The position numbers and the translations under genes were made by a program. The notes under the pieces are model-generated. The model saw only the letters and a program-made list of their open reading frames with translations. It had not been told where the DNA came from and made no database searches. This document shows, in pieces, positions 24,661 to 33,465 of a stretch of DNA of 64,000 nucleotides. Source of the stretch: Candidatus Latescibacterota bacterium (GTDB taxonomy: Bacteria; Latescibacterota; UBA2968; GCA-2709665). The stretch lies in contig OZ244937.1 in assembly GCA_965222075.1 (NCBI GenBank), positions 5,123,891-5,187,890 on the forward strand, in the 5' to 3' direction. The number at the start of each line of letters is the position of its first letter. Within the stretch, counting starts at the first letter, position 1.

Positions 24661-24720
24661 GTGACGACTGACACCAGCAAAAGGGGCTTGAGCAATTTCA
24701 TCTGTCCGATGACTCGGAAA
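24661..24720 (+). repeat. Second, more degraded hsdR 5' relic
   Basis: GTGACGACTGACACCAGCAAAAGGGGCTTGAG... reads 'VTTDTSKRGLSNFIC', parallel to 'MTTDTSEKGLESLIC'. Confidence 0.5.
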
Positions 24721-24762
24721 CGCTCGACGCGAGGGATGAATTTTCCGCAATGGAGATAGTTG

Positions 24763-26022
24763 ATGATTACGCTGATTGAAGCCCTGAACTACCGCTGTTT
24801 ACGGTATGTGCAGAGACCTCTGAACCCGTTTCATGCCCTGGTCGGCCCGAATGCGTCGGGTAAGACAACCTTTTTGGACGTTATCGGTTTTCTGCGTGAT
24901 CTGGTATCCGAGGGGTTGGACACGGCCCTGTCGGCGCGTGCCTTGAATCCTGAAGAGCTTCTCTTTCGGCGGCAAGGGGACGGGCTGGAACTGGCGGTCG
25001 AGGCACGGATTCCCGAGGCGCTGCGCAAATTGACGTCAAAACCGGATTTGGACACGGTAAGGTACGAGGTGGCTATCGGATTTGAGGAAACACAGCGCCA
25101 GTTCGAGTTCAAGGCCGAGCGCCTGTTATTGAAAAAGGCAAAGGATTTAGGGCCGCTACAGCGCTCATTATTCCCCATGTCGCCCAGCGCGCCGGGTTCG
25201 TTGCTGACCAATATCCGCAAACAAGACAATAAGCTCGTGATCAACAAAGTATCAGGTGGGAATGACAATTTCTACAGCGAGACCTATAATCGTCCGGGCA
25301 AGGGCTGGGCGCCTTCGATCAAACTGGGACCGCAAAGATCGGCCCTGGGCCACCTTCTGGTAGATGAAAGCGCTTTTCCCGTGGCGATATGGTTTCAGAA
25401 ATATCTGATCACCGGAGTGCAGAGGTTTGTGCTCAACAGCCTTGCGATCAAGCGTCCCAGTTCTCCAACGCGGGCTGTGGGTTTTTTGCCGGATGGGTCA
25501 AATCTGCCATGGGTTGTCGCTCGTCTGCGCCACAAAGACCAGGAACGACATCGCGCCTGGATCAAGCACCTGCAAACCGCTCTGCCCGATCTGGTGGACA
25601 TCACAACTTTCGAGCGCCCGGAAGATAAGCATTGTTATATGATCTACGAGTATGAGGAAGGACTGAAAGTGCCTTCGTGGCTGGTTTCCGATGGCACACT
25701 TCGACTTACGGCACTCACCTTGCCCGCATATCTGACCGATCTTCAAGGTATTTACCTGATAGAGGAACCGGAGAATGGGGTGCATCCGAGGGCGGTGTCA
25801 ACCGTGTACGATTCCCTTTCTTCTATGTATGAAGCCCAGGTGTTGTTAGCGACCCATTCGCCGGTAGTACTGAGTACAGCCAGAATGGATGATGTGCTTT
25901 GCTTTGCCAAAGATGACGATGGTTCAACAGACATTGTTCTCGGTTCCGAACATCCCTTGCTTCAAAAGTGGCAGGGCGAGGTCGATCTTGGCACATTGCT
26001 TGCATCGGGAGTTTTGGGATGA
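24763..26022 (+). CDS. AAA15/ABC-type ATPase
   Basis: Walker A 'GPNASGKTT', signature-like 'SDGTLRL', Walker B 'IYLIEEPENGVHP' and H-loop 'LATHSP'. The track start is TTG 24760. Confidence 0.8.
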   Translation: MITLIEALNYRCLRYVQRPLNPFHALVGPNASGKTTFLDVIGFLRDLVSEGLDTALSARALNPEELLFRRQGDGLELAVEARIPEALRKLTSKPDLDTVRYEVAIGFEETQRQFEFKAERLLLKKAKDLGPLQRSLFPMSPSAPGSLLTNIRKQDNKLVINKVSGGNDNFYSETYNRPGKGWAPSIKLGPQRSALGHLLVDESAFPVAIWFQKYLITGVQRFVLNSLAIKRPSSPTRAVGFLPDGSNLPWVVARLRHKDQERHRAWIKHLQTALPDLVDITTFERPEDKHCYMIYEYEEGLKVPSWLVSDGTLRLTALTLPAYLTDLQGIYLIEEPENGVHPRAVSTVYDSLSSMYEAQVLLATHSPVVLSTARMDDVLCFAKDDDGSTDIVLGSEHPLLQKWQGEVDLGTLLASGVLG

Positions 26023-26062
26023 ACCGGAAAGACCTGGTTGTTCTCGCGGCTGACAAAGACAT
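26019..26062 (+). pseudogene. 5' stub of the ATPase partner gene (interrupted by an IS)
   Basis: The ATG overlaps the ATPase stop (ATGA 26019-22). It reads 'MNRKDLVVLAADKD' up to the IS junction. Confidence 0.7.
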
Positions 26063-27508
26063 CAATGGTTCGGTCAATTTTAGGCAGCAATTTTGCCATA
26101 ATCGCGTAGCCTTTGGTATTGAGAGGATTTTTTCATCAAATTTAGGTCGAGATCTAACATTGAGAAAATATGCTGGAGAAAAAATGTGTTGAAATAACAG
26201 GCTTTTATGCTTGCCATAGAAAAGGTTCCAGGCTCAGTGTCTGCATACGCCTGTAGGTGCTCCAGTTTGGCTAAATTGAGGGTTGTCAGAGACGCATTGA
26301 AGTGGAAATCCAGTCGGGCTTGATCTCTGGCTTGACAGTCGCATAAGCCGGTAAACTGTTTGGCATCCCTGAAGATAAATTCGATCTGAAATCTTGCTTT
26401 GTAATATCTGACAAGCGTCTTAGCGTCTAATTCTGTATCGGTGGAAAACAAGATCGTATATTTCTTCTTGTCCTTGTTGCGCTCATCTACCAAGACGACG
26501 ATTTTCAAATTGCGTTTCAAGGAGACATGGTTCAGGATGAGGGTATAGATGGCGATGCCATCTTGTGTCTCAACATATGAAAACCGCGACAGATCTTGCC
26601 AGTTGACTTTGCCATCGTAGGTCTTTTGCCTGCCGCTGCCGTGTTCGCGTTTTGGACCGGTATAGAGAAAGCGCATATTGGCGTCGCCACGTAATTTGCC
26701 GATCTGGTGCAGGTCCAATTCACAGACCCCATTGACAAATTTCTTCTTGCTAAAATAACCATCGCCAACGACATATTTTTCGGGCTCTAACAAGCTGGGT
26801 TGGACATCGATGAGATGCTGTAAATACTGATCCAGAAGGGTTTCGTCATCCTCTGCCTGTTTGGAACGTTTCTTTTTCGATTTGGCTTTTCCCTTTTTCT
26901 TGGTGCACTTTTTAGAGGTGGGCTTGTTCTTCTCTTTGGGCTTGGTGACTTCCTCTTTGGGCCTAGCATCAGACGCTTGAGGTTCCTCTCCTGGATCGGT
27001 TTGGCGAACCGAGAGCGTAAAGCCAGTGTTTTTCAAAATATCCACGATCGCCACACTGGAGACTTCCAACCCCTTTTCTGAACGACGATGACAGCCGTTC
27101 CAGAATGAATCCAGGCCATACGTCTTTTTGCCTGACTTAGATACGAAGGAAGCATCTATGACAATGATCCGGTCGCTTTCCCTTCCCAAGCCTTCATCGA
27201 TCACCGATCGGTTGAAAGCGACAAACGCAAAGGGTTTGGCAAACTGACGTGAATAAGTCTCCTCGGACACATCCGAATAACGCGATAGATTGCGGCAATT
27301 GATCTTGCCCCGTGCTGTTAGAATCGCTGTAAACACAGCGACCAAAAACTTCCTTTGAGGCTTGGAAATCTTGAAACTCTTGAGTATCTTTTCTGTCAGT
27401 TCCATTGTGCCGTCTCACTTGTCGAGGGGATCTTTGACTGGGTGGTTTAAGATCCCTACAATTTGTGGGTACGGCACTTTTTTGTCAAAATAAATAACCG
27501 AACTATTG
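26063..27508 (-). mobile_element. IS4-superfamily (IS4/IS701/IS1634-like) insertion sequence, 1446 bp
   Basis: Imperfect terminal inverted repeats CAATGGTTCGGTCAATTT / rc CAATAGTTCGGTTATTTA. 5-bp direct repeat GACAT at 26058-26062 and 27509-27513. Confidence 0.85.
26080..27405 (-). CDS. DDE transposase (YREK motif)
   Basis: 441-aa ORF. 'IVIDASFVSKSG', 'YVVGDGYFS' and 'YYKARFQIEFIFRDAKQ' give a Y(2)R(3)E(6)K motif. It has a Lys-rich insert. Confidence 0.9.
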   Translation of the reverse strand: MELTEKILKSFKISKPQRKFLVAVFTAILTARGKINCRNLSRYSDVSEETYSRQFAKPFAFVAFNRSVIDEGLGRESDRIIVIDASFVSKSGKKTYGLDSFWNGCHRRSEKGLEVSSVAIVDILKNTGFTLSVRQTDPGEEPQASDARPKEEVTKPKEKNKPTSKKCTKKKGKAKSKKKRSKQAEDDETLLDQYLQHLIDVQPSLLEPEKYVVGDGYFSKKKFVNGVCELDLHQIGKLRGDANMRFLYTGPKREHGSGRQKTYDGKVNWQDLSRFSYVETQDGIAIYTLILNHVSLKRNLKIVVLVDERNKDKKKYTILFSTDTELDAKTLVRYYKARFQIEFIFRDAKQFTGLCDCQARDQARLDFHFNASLTTLNLAKLEHLQAYADTEPGTFSMASIKACYFNTFFLQHIFSMLDLDLNLMKKSSQYQRLRDYGKIAA

Positions 27509-28099
27509 GACATGGAACATGCGTTGAAAGGGTTGCTGTCGAGGCCGCAGGCACTGGGTATTCGGGCAATCGAGGCGGACATCAGTATCCATCCGGGACA
27601 CGACCCTGCATGCGCGGGTTATGGCGTTGATTACTTGTCGAATTTCTCGGAATATTATCGCTATGGTCTGCTCATGTTTGATCACGAAGGAAGCGGCAGA
27701 GAGCAGACCCAGCCCCAGGCGTTGCAAGAGACTCTTAACAATGACTTCGCGCGTTCAGCATGGGGCGAACGCGCAAGAGCAGTCATCTTGTCGCCGGAAC
27801 TTGAGGCGTGGGTATGGAGTGATTCTCTCCATGTTGACGCGGTCGCAGGATGGAAGAACCGGCAGCCTTCGCTCCGTAGCTGGATGGTTGAGCAAGGCTG
27901 GCTGGAGGAAGGGGAGGTTAAGCCCGTACGGCCCAAAGAGGCGTTTCAAGCAGCCTTGCGCGAGGCGCGAATACCACGCAGTTCATCCCTGTATCAGCAG
28001 ATTGCGGAAAAGGTTTCCTTACACCGATGTACGGATCGTTCGTTCCAGGAATTCAAAGACGTTTTGGGAAGTTGGTTTCCGCGAGACAGCCGGTATTGA
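27509..28099 (+). pseudogene. 3' body of the ATPase partner gene
   Basis: Reads 'DMEHALKGLLSRPQALGIRAIEADISIHPGHDP...' in the same codon phase as the 5' stub relative to the GACAT duplication. No family recognised. Confidence 0.7.
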
Positions 28100-28198
28100 A
28101 GGACGCATCTATAATGTCGGAGCTACCAGGGCGGCTCGCTGGTATCCGGGTAGACCGCCATCTGGAATTGTGCCTGAAAATAGATAATAGGCCAAAAA

Positions 28199-28229
28199 GC
28201 ATAATTTTGGCATAATTTTGGCATAATTG
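28199..28229. repeat. Short tandem repeat GCATAATTTTG x2 plus a partial copy, in an AT-rich spacer
   Basis: Read directly from the sequence. It lies in the very AT-rich 28190-28319 region upstream of the next ORF. Confidence 0.8.
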
Positions 28230-28319
28230 ATTTTATAACTATCTGTTTTTATTGTATTATTCCTTTATCTTTTCTTGGCAAAATATAAATCTATAAGGTA
28301 AAAAAAGTGGTAATTCATA

Positions 28320-29063
28320 ATGCTCGGCGGGGCTTGGGTGTTTCGTGGAACGCGGGTGCCCGTATTTACCCTCTTCGAGAACCTTGAACCGGATGGACCG
28401 ATGGACAAACGCGTCAACCGTTCGAGCGATGTCCCGAAGATGACGGCAGGGCGAGCCGCCCTGGTCGGGCTGATGGACTGCTATCTGCGCGGCTTGCTGG
28501 ACCCGTTCGTGACGCTGCTGGAGGTGCATAAACTCATGTATTTTATGCAGGCCGCGGGCGAGCCGTTGAGGTTGAAGTTCGCCAAAGGCCCTTACGGACC
28601 GTATGCCGAAAATCTCCGGCATGTGATGAACGCCATTGAAGGACATCTGGTGTCCGGCTATGCCGATGGCGGCGATGCGCCTGACAAGCAGCTGGAACTG
28701 GTGCCGGGCGCGCTTGCGGATGCCCGTGCATTTCTTGAGCATAAGGCTGATACGCAGGCTCGCTTTAAAAGGGTTTGCGATCTCGTCGAAGGGTTCGAGT
28801 CATCGTTCGGCCTGGAACTGCTCACAACGGTTCACTGGGTCGTCGGCGAGGAGGGAGCCCGGACGCTCGACGATGTAGTGGAGGGCACCTACGACTGGAA
28901 CGAGAGAAAGCGCCAGTTCTCCCGGCGACAGATCAAGATCGCATTCGATGTCTTATCGGAGAAGGGCTGGATTGAGCATCTCGACCTGTGCGGGACAGCG
29001 CATCTGCACGACGCCGTGTCTGATTCGCCTGAAGAGGACAACGATAAAGGTTGTAACCCATGA
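28320..29063 (+). CDS. Chimeric ORF: DUF433 fragment fused to a Panacea/DUF4065-like (SocA-type antitoxin-like) domain
   Basis: The first ~25 aa, 'GGAWVFRGTRVPVFTLFENLE', match the DUF433 core (compare 24101). This is followed by 'LEVHKLMYFMQAAGEPLRLKFAKGPYGPYAENL'. Internal starts at 28401 and 28440 are possible. Confidence 0.5.
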   Translation: MLGGAWVFRGTRVPVFTLFENLEPDGPMDKRVNRSSDVPKMTAGRAALVGLMDCYLRGLLDPFVTLLEVHKLMYFMQAAGEPLRLKFAKGPYGPYAENLRHVMNAIEGHLVSGYADGGDAPDKQLELVPGALADARAFLEHKADTQARFKRVCDLVEGFESSFGLELLTTVHWVVGEEGARTLDDVVEGTYDWNERKRQFSRRQIKIAFDVLSEKGWIEHLDLCGTAHLHDAVSDSPEEDNDKGCNP

Positions 29064-30244
29064 GTAGCCGACGCTTGCAGATAACATTACAGCCTGACGT
29101 GTTGAGGTGGGCGCGGGAGCGGGCAGGTATTGACACCGAGCAATTGGCTCGCAAGATACAGGTTAAGGTCGAGCGTGTCATAGAGTGGGAGCGGACTGGC
29201 AACATCAGCATTGCCCAGGCAGACAGGCTCGCCGAACGCACCCATACCCCTTTGGGTTTGCTGTACCTTTCAAAGCCACCCGAAGACAATCTGCCCATAC
29301 CTGACTTCAGAACCCGCCACGCCGATGCCTCTTCGCTCCGTCCGAGTCTCGACCTCCTGGAAACGGTGTATGCGATGCAGCAGCGACAGGACTGGATGCG
29401 AGAAGAACTGATCGAGAGCGGTGCGGAACCGCTGGAGTTCGTTGGCGCCTGCATCCGTGCGCAAAGTCACGTGAACGTGGCCAGTGCAATGCGGAACGTG
29501 CTGGGGATCGAGGTTGGCTGGGCGGCAAACATGGACTCCTGGATTGCCGCGCTCAGGTTCCTTCGGAACAGATTGGACACGGCTGGCGTGCTCGTAGTTT
29601 TCAACGGGGTCGTAGGCAACAGTACCAGCCGAAAGCTTGATCCGGACGAGTTTCAAGGCTTTGCCCTGGTGGATGAATACGCCCCATTGATATTTGTGAA
29701 CAACGCAGATTACATAGCAGCCAAGATGTTTACTCTTGCCCACGAACTGGCCCATTTATGCGTCGGAGAGTCGGGTGTATCCCAATTTGATAGGTTGCAA
29801 CCGTCACAGAATGATACCGAGCGATTCTGTGATCAGGCGGCAGCTGAGTTTTTGGTGCCCGAGTCCAGTTTTCGGGATTTTTGGGGCCTCGTGGGCCGTA
29901 ATACCTTGGCGCCCACAAGTGTTCCTTTTGGGTCGATTGCACGTCAATTCAAGGTTAGCGCAATCGTGGCGGCCCGGCGAGCCTTGGACCTGGATCTGAT
30001 TGACCTCGAAACCTTTTTCACCTTCTATGAAAACCATAAACAACAAGGAGGAACCAATCGCCCGACAACGGATGGTGGCAATTTTTGGAGTACACAGAGA
30101 TGGCGCATAGGTCCACGCTTCGCGGCTGCGGTCGTCCGCGCTGCGAAAGAAGGGCGCCTGACTTATCGGGAAGCTTGTTCGCTCACCGGGCTGAGCGGCG
30201 AGACCTATGAAAACCTGGCCGTCAAGATGGATATTACACTATGA
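29060..30244 (+). CDS. XRE-family HTH + ImmA/IrrE (COG2856) zinc metallopeptidase
   Basis: N-terminal HTH 'LRWARERAGIDTEQLARKIQV...IEWE' and the 'FTLAHELAHLCVGESG' HExxH motif. ATGA overlap with the upstream ORF. Confidence 0.8.
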   Translation: MSSRRLQITLQPDVLRWARERAGIDTEQLARKIQVKVERVIEWERTGNISIAQADRLAERTHTPLGLLYLSKPPEDNLPIPDFRTRHADASSLRPSLDLLETVYAMQQRQDWMREELIESGAEPLEFVGACIRAQSHVNVASAMRNVLGIEVGWAANMDSWIAALRFLRNRLDTAGVLVVFNGVVGNSTSRKLDPDEFQGFALVDEYAPLIFVNNADYIAAKMFTLAHELAHLCVGESGVSQFDRLQPSQNDTERFCDQAAAEFLVPESSFRDFWGLVGRNTLAPTSVPFGSIARQFKVSAIVAARRALDLDLIDLETFFTFYENHKQQGGTNRPTTDGGNFWSTQRWRIGPRFAAAVVRAAKEGRLTYREACSLTGLSGETYENLAVKMDITL

Positions 30245-30331
30245 CGGGTCAGAACCGCTTGGAGTTGAATATATAGATACCTATGCGATGCTCCGCAATC
30301 TGGGAGCGCGTCTAAACTGGGAGCCTCCTGC

Positions 30332-33300
30332 TTGACCACCGATACCTCCGAACACGGTCTTGAAAGCCTGATCTGTACGGCGCTGACCGGCCTCCCGAAC
30401 GATACGACGCCGTCAGGCGACGCGGGTGAGCGGCCGGCCACCTATGGCGTGGGCTGGCTTTGGGGGGACCCGCGTGATTATGACCGCGAGTACTGTGTGG
30501 ACCTGGCTCAGCTTTCCGCTTTTCTGAGTGTGACCCAGCCCGAGGTTGCGGGGTTGCTGGATCTCGGCCTGGACAGCCCGAGGCGGCGCAAGTTTCTGGC
30601 TCGCCTGCAGGGTGAGGTCACCAGGCACGGCACGATCGATGTGCTGCGCAGGGGGATCAAGCACGGACCGCATCAGGTCGACCTGTTCTACGGGACACCG
30701 TCGCCGGGCAATGAGAAGGCCAGGGTTCTGTACAAGCAGAATCGCTTCAGTGTCACCCGGCAGCTCCGATACAGCCGCGACAATACCCGGCTCGCGCTGG
30801 ATCTGTGCCTGTTCATCAACGGTCTGCCGGTTGCTACGTTCGAGCTGAAGAACAGCCTTACGAAGCAGACGGTAGAGGACGCTATTGAGCAGTACAAGCG
30901 CGATCGAAGCCCGGGCGAGAAGCTTTTTGAGTTCGGTCGCTGTCTGGTTCACTTCGCGGTTGACGACCACGAGGTGCGCTTCTGCACCCATCTGAAGGGC
31001 AAGGCGTCCTGGTTCCTGCCTTTCAACCAGGGTTGGGATGATGGCGCCGGGAATCCTCCGAACCCGAACGGGCTGAAGACGGACTATCTGTGGAGAGAGG
31101 TGCTCACGCGCGACGGGCTCACGGATATCATCGAGAACTACGCCCAGATTGTGGAGACGAAGGATGAAAAGACCGGGCGCAGGAAGCGGGAGCAGATATG
31201 GCCGCGCTATCACCAGCTTGATGTGGTGCGCAGGCTGCTGTCGGATATGTCCGACCTGCCTGCAGCGCAGTACGCTGCGCAGGCAGGGACGAAGGCGGGC
31301 AGGCGCTATCTGATCCAGCACTCGGCCGGTAGCGGCAAGTCGAATTCCATCGCGTGGCTGGCGCACCAGCTCATCGGCCTGAAGAAAGAGAATGCTCCGG
31401 TAGTGGACTCGGTCATCGTCGTTACGGACCGCAGGGTGTTGGACCGTCAGATCAGGGATACTGTGAGACAGTTCGCACAGGTTGCCTCCATTGTCGGGCA
31501 CGCGGAGCGGTCCGGAGACCTCAGGACCTTTCTCAAGTCGGGCAAGAAGATCGTCATCACCACTGTCCAGAAATTCCCCTTCGTTCTGGATGAGATCGGC
31601 GATGAGCACCGGGGACGCCGGTTCGCGATCATCATCGACGAGGCCCATTCGAGCCAGGGCGGTCGGATGTCTGCCGCGGTTTCCATGGCGCTGGGGGAGG
31701 CCGGCGCGGGCGAGGAAGAGGATACGACCGAGGACAGGATCAACCGGCTGATGGAGTCCAGGCAGATGCTGCCCAACGCCAGCTACTTCGCGTTTACCGC
31801 GACGCCCAAGAACAAGACGCTGGAGATCTTCGGGGAGCCTGAAACCAGGGGCGAGCAGGTCGGCCACGTTCCATTTCACAGTTACACGATGAAACAGGCG
31901 ATCCAGGAAGGGTTCATCCTGGACGTGCTTGAGCACTACACGCCGGTGGGTAGCTACTACCGGCTTATGAAAACGGTAGAGGACGATCCTCTCTTCGACA
32001 CCAGGCGGGCGCAGAGGAAGCTTCGGAGATATGTGGAATCGCACGAGCACGCCATCCGCCAAAAGGCGGAGATTATGGTCGATCACTTTCACGATCACGT
32101 TGTTGCGCGCCGGAAGATCGGCGGCCAGGCGCGGGCTATGGTGGTGACCAGCGGTATTGAGCGAGCGATCCAGTACTTTCACGCCTTCGAGGCGTATCTG
32201 GAGGAACGGAAGAGTCCCTACCGGGCCATCGTCGCGTTCTCGGGTGAACATGAATACGGCGGACAGAAGGTCACCGAGGCGTCGCTGAATGGCTTTCCGT
32301 CGGGCCGGATCGCCGACAGGATCCAGGAAGATCCGTATCGGTTCCTGATCTGCGCCGACAAATTTCAGACCGGGTACGACGAGCCGCTTTTGCACACGAT
32401 GTATGTGGACAAGGTGCTTTCGGGCATCAAGGCGGTGCAGACGCTCTCCCGCCTGAATCGCGCGCATCCGCAGAAGCACGATACCTTCGTGCTGGACTTC
32501 ACGAACGACGCGGACGATATCAAAGCGTCTTTCGAGGACTACTACCGCACCACCATCCTGGCCGAAGAGACCGACCCGGACAAGCTGCACGACCTGAAGG
32601 CGAGTCTGGATGGTTATCAGGTGTACGGTTGGGACCAGGTCGAGGAGCTGGTGTCGCTGTACCTGGAGGGTACGGACCGGGACAGGCTCGATCCGATTCT
32701 GGATGCCTGCGTGGCAGTGTACAGATCCGAGCTGGATGAGGATGGACAGGTCGACTTCAAGGGCAATGCCAAGGCGTTCGCCCGCACCTACGCCTTCCTT
32801 GCGCCGATTCTGCCCTATACCAGCGTCGAGTGGGAGAAGCTCTCGATATTTCTGAACTTCCTCGTCCCGAAGCTGCCGGCCCCGGTCGAGGAGGACCTGT
32901 CGAAGGGCATTCTTGAGGCCATCGACATGGACAGCTACCGCGTGGAGGTCCGGGCGATGATGAAGATCGCCCTGTCCGACGCGGACGCGGAGATCGGGCC
33001 GGTGCCGGCGAGCGGCGAATTTCGCAAGCCCGAGCCGGAGATCGATCGCCTGAGCAACATACTGAGGATGTTCAACGAGTTGTTCGGGAATATCGAATGG
33101 AAGGATGCAGACAAGATCGGAAGGGTTATCGCCGAGGAGTTGCCGGCGAAAGTCTCCGCTGACCGGGCCTATCGGAACGCGATGGAGAACTCGGACAGGC
33201 AGAACGCCCGGATTGAGCACGACAAGGCGCTCGAACAGGCGGTGATCGAGCTGCTCTCCGATCACGCCGAGCTATTCAAGCAGTTCAGCGACAATGACTC

Positions 33301-33382
33301 GTTCCGAAAATGGCTTTCGGAAACCATCTTTCAGGCGACGTACCGTCAAGGGGTCGAAGGTGGAAACGTTCCGGTCCCGTAG
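30332..33382 (+). CDS. hsdR: Type I restriction-modification system, restriction/helicase subunit R
   Basis: 1016 aa, TTG start. Walker A 'HSAGSGKSNSIAW', DEAH box 'IIIDEAHSSQGG' and helicase C 'ADKFQTGYDEPLLHTMYVDK'. Confidence 0.92.
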   Translation: MTTDTSEHGLESLICTALTGLPNDTTPSGDAGERPATYGVGWLWGDPRDYDREYCVDLAQLSAFLSVTQPEVAGLLDLGLDSPRRRKFLARLQGEVTRHGTIDVLRRGIKHGPHQVDLFYGTPSPGNEKARVLYKQNRFSVTRQLRYSRDNTRLALDLCLFINGLPVATFELKNSLTKQTVEDAIEQYKRDRSPGEKLFEFGRCLVHFAVDDHEVRFCTHLKGKASWFLPFNQGWDDGAGNPPNPNGLKTDYLWREVLTRDGLTDIIENYAQIVETKDEKTGRRKREQIWPRYHQLDVVRRLLSDMSDLPAAQYAAQAGTKAGRRYLIQHSAGSGKSNSIAWLAHQLIGLKKENAPVVDSVIVVTDRRVLDRQIRDTVRQFAQVASIVGHAERSGDLRTFLKSGKKIVITTVQKFPFVLDEIGDEHRGRRFAIIIDEAHSSQGGRMSAAVSMALGEAGAGEEEDTTEDRINRLMESRQMLPNASYFAFTATPKNKTLEIFGEPETRGEQVGHVPFHSYTMKQAIQEGFILDVLEHYTPVGSYYRLMKTVEDDPLFDTRRAQRKLRRYVESHEHAIRQKAEIMVDHFHDHVVARRKIGGQARAMVVTSGIERAIQYFHAFEAYLEERKSPYRAIVAFSGEHEYGGQKVTEASLNGFPSGRIADRIQEDPYRFLICADKFQTGYDEPLLHTMYVDKVLSGIKAVQTLSRLNRAHPQKHDTFVLDFTNDADDIKASFEDYYRTTILAEETDPDKLHDLKASLDGYQVYGWDQVEELVSLYLEGTDRDRLDPILDACVAVYRSELDEDGQVDFKGNAKAFARTYAFLAPILPYTSVEWEKLSIFLNFLVPKLPAPVEEDLSKGILEAIDMDSYRVEVRAMMKIALSDADAEIGPVPASGEFRKPEPEIDRLSNILRMFNELFGNIEWKDADKIGRVIAEELPAKVSADRAYRNAMENSDRQNARIEHDKALEQAVIELLSDHAELFKQFSDNDSFRKWLSETIFQATYRQGVEGGNVPVP

Positions 33383-33415
33383 CGGCGATGAAGATCGGTC
33401 GGACGATGTGGGCCC

Positions 33416-33450
33416 CTTCCCCTGACAGGGAGGGGGAAGACGCTTGTTTT
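33416..33450 (+). terminator. Candidate intrinsic terminator after hsdR
   Basis: Stem CTTCCCC (33416-22) / GGGGAAG (33433-39) followed by CGCTTGTTTT. Confidence 0.4.
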
Positions 33451-33465
33451 CGTGCGGATTGATTT

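Noticed and set aside
30413-33265. 950-aa ORF on the minus strand, antisense to hsdR
   Set aside because: It is exactly coextensive with the well-supported hsdR gene. It is Arg/Pro/Leu/Gly-rich with no motifs. This is a typical shadow ORF of GC-rich coding DNA.
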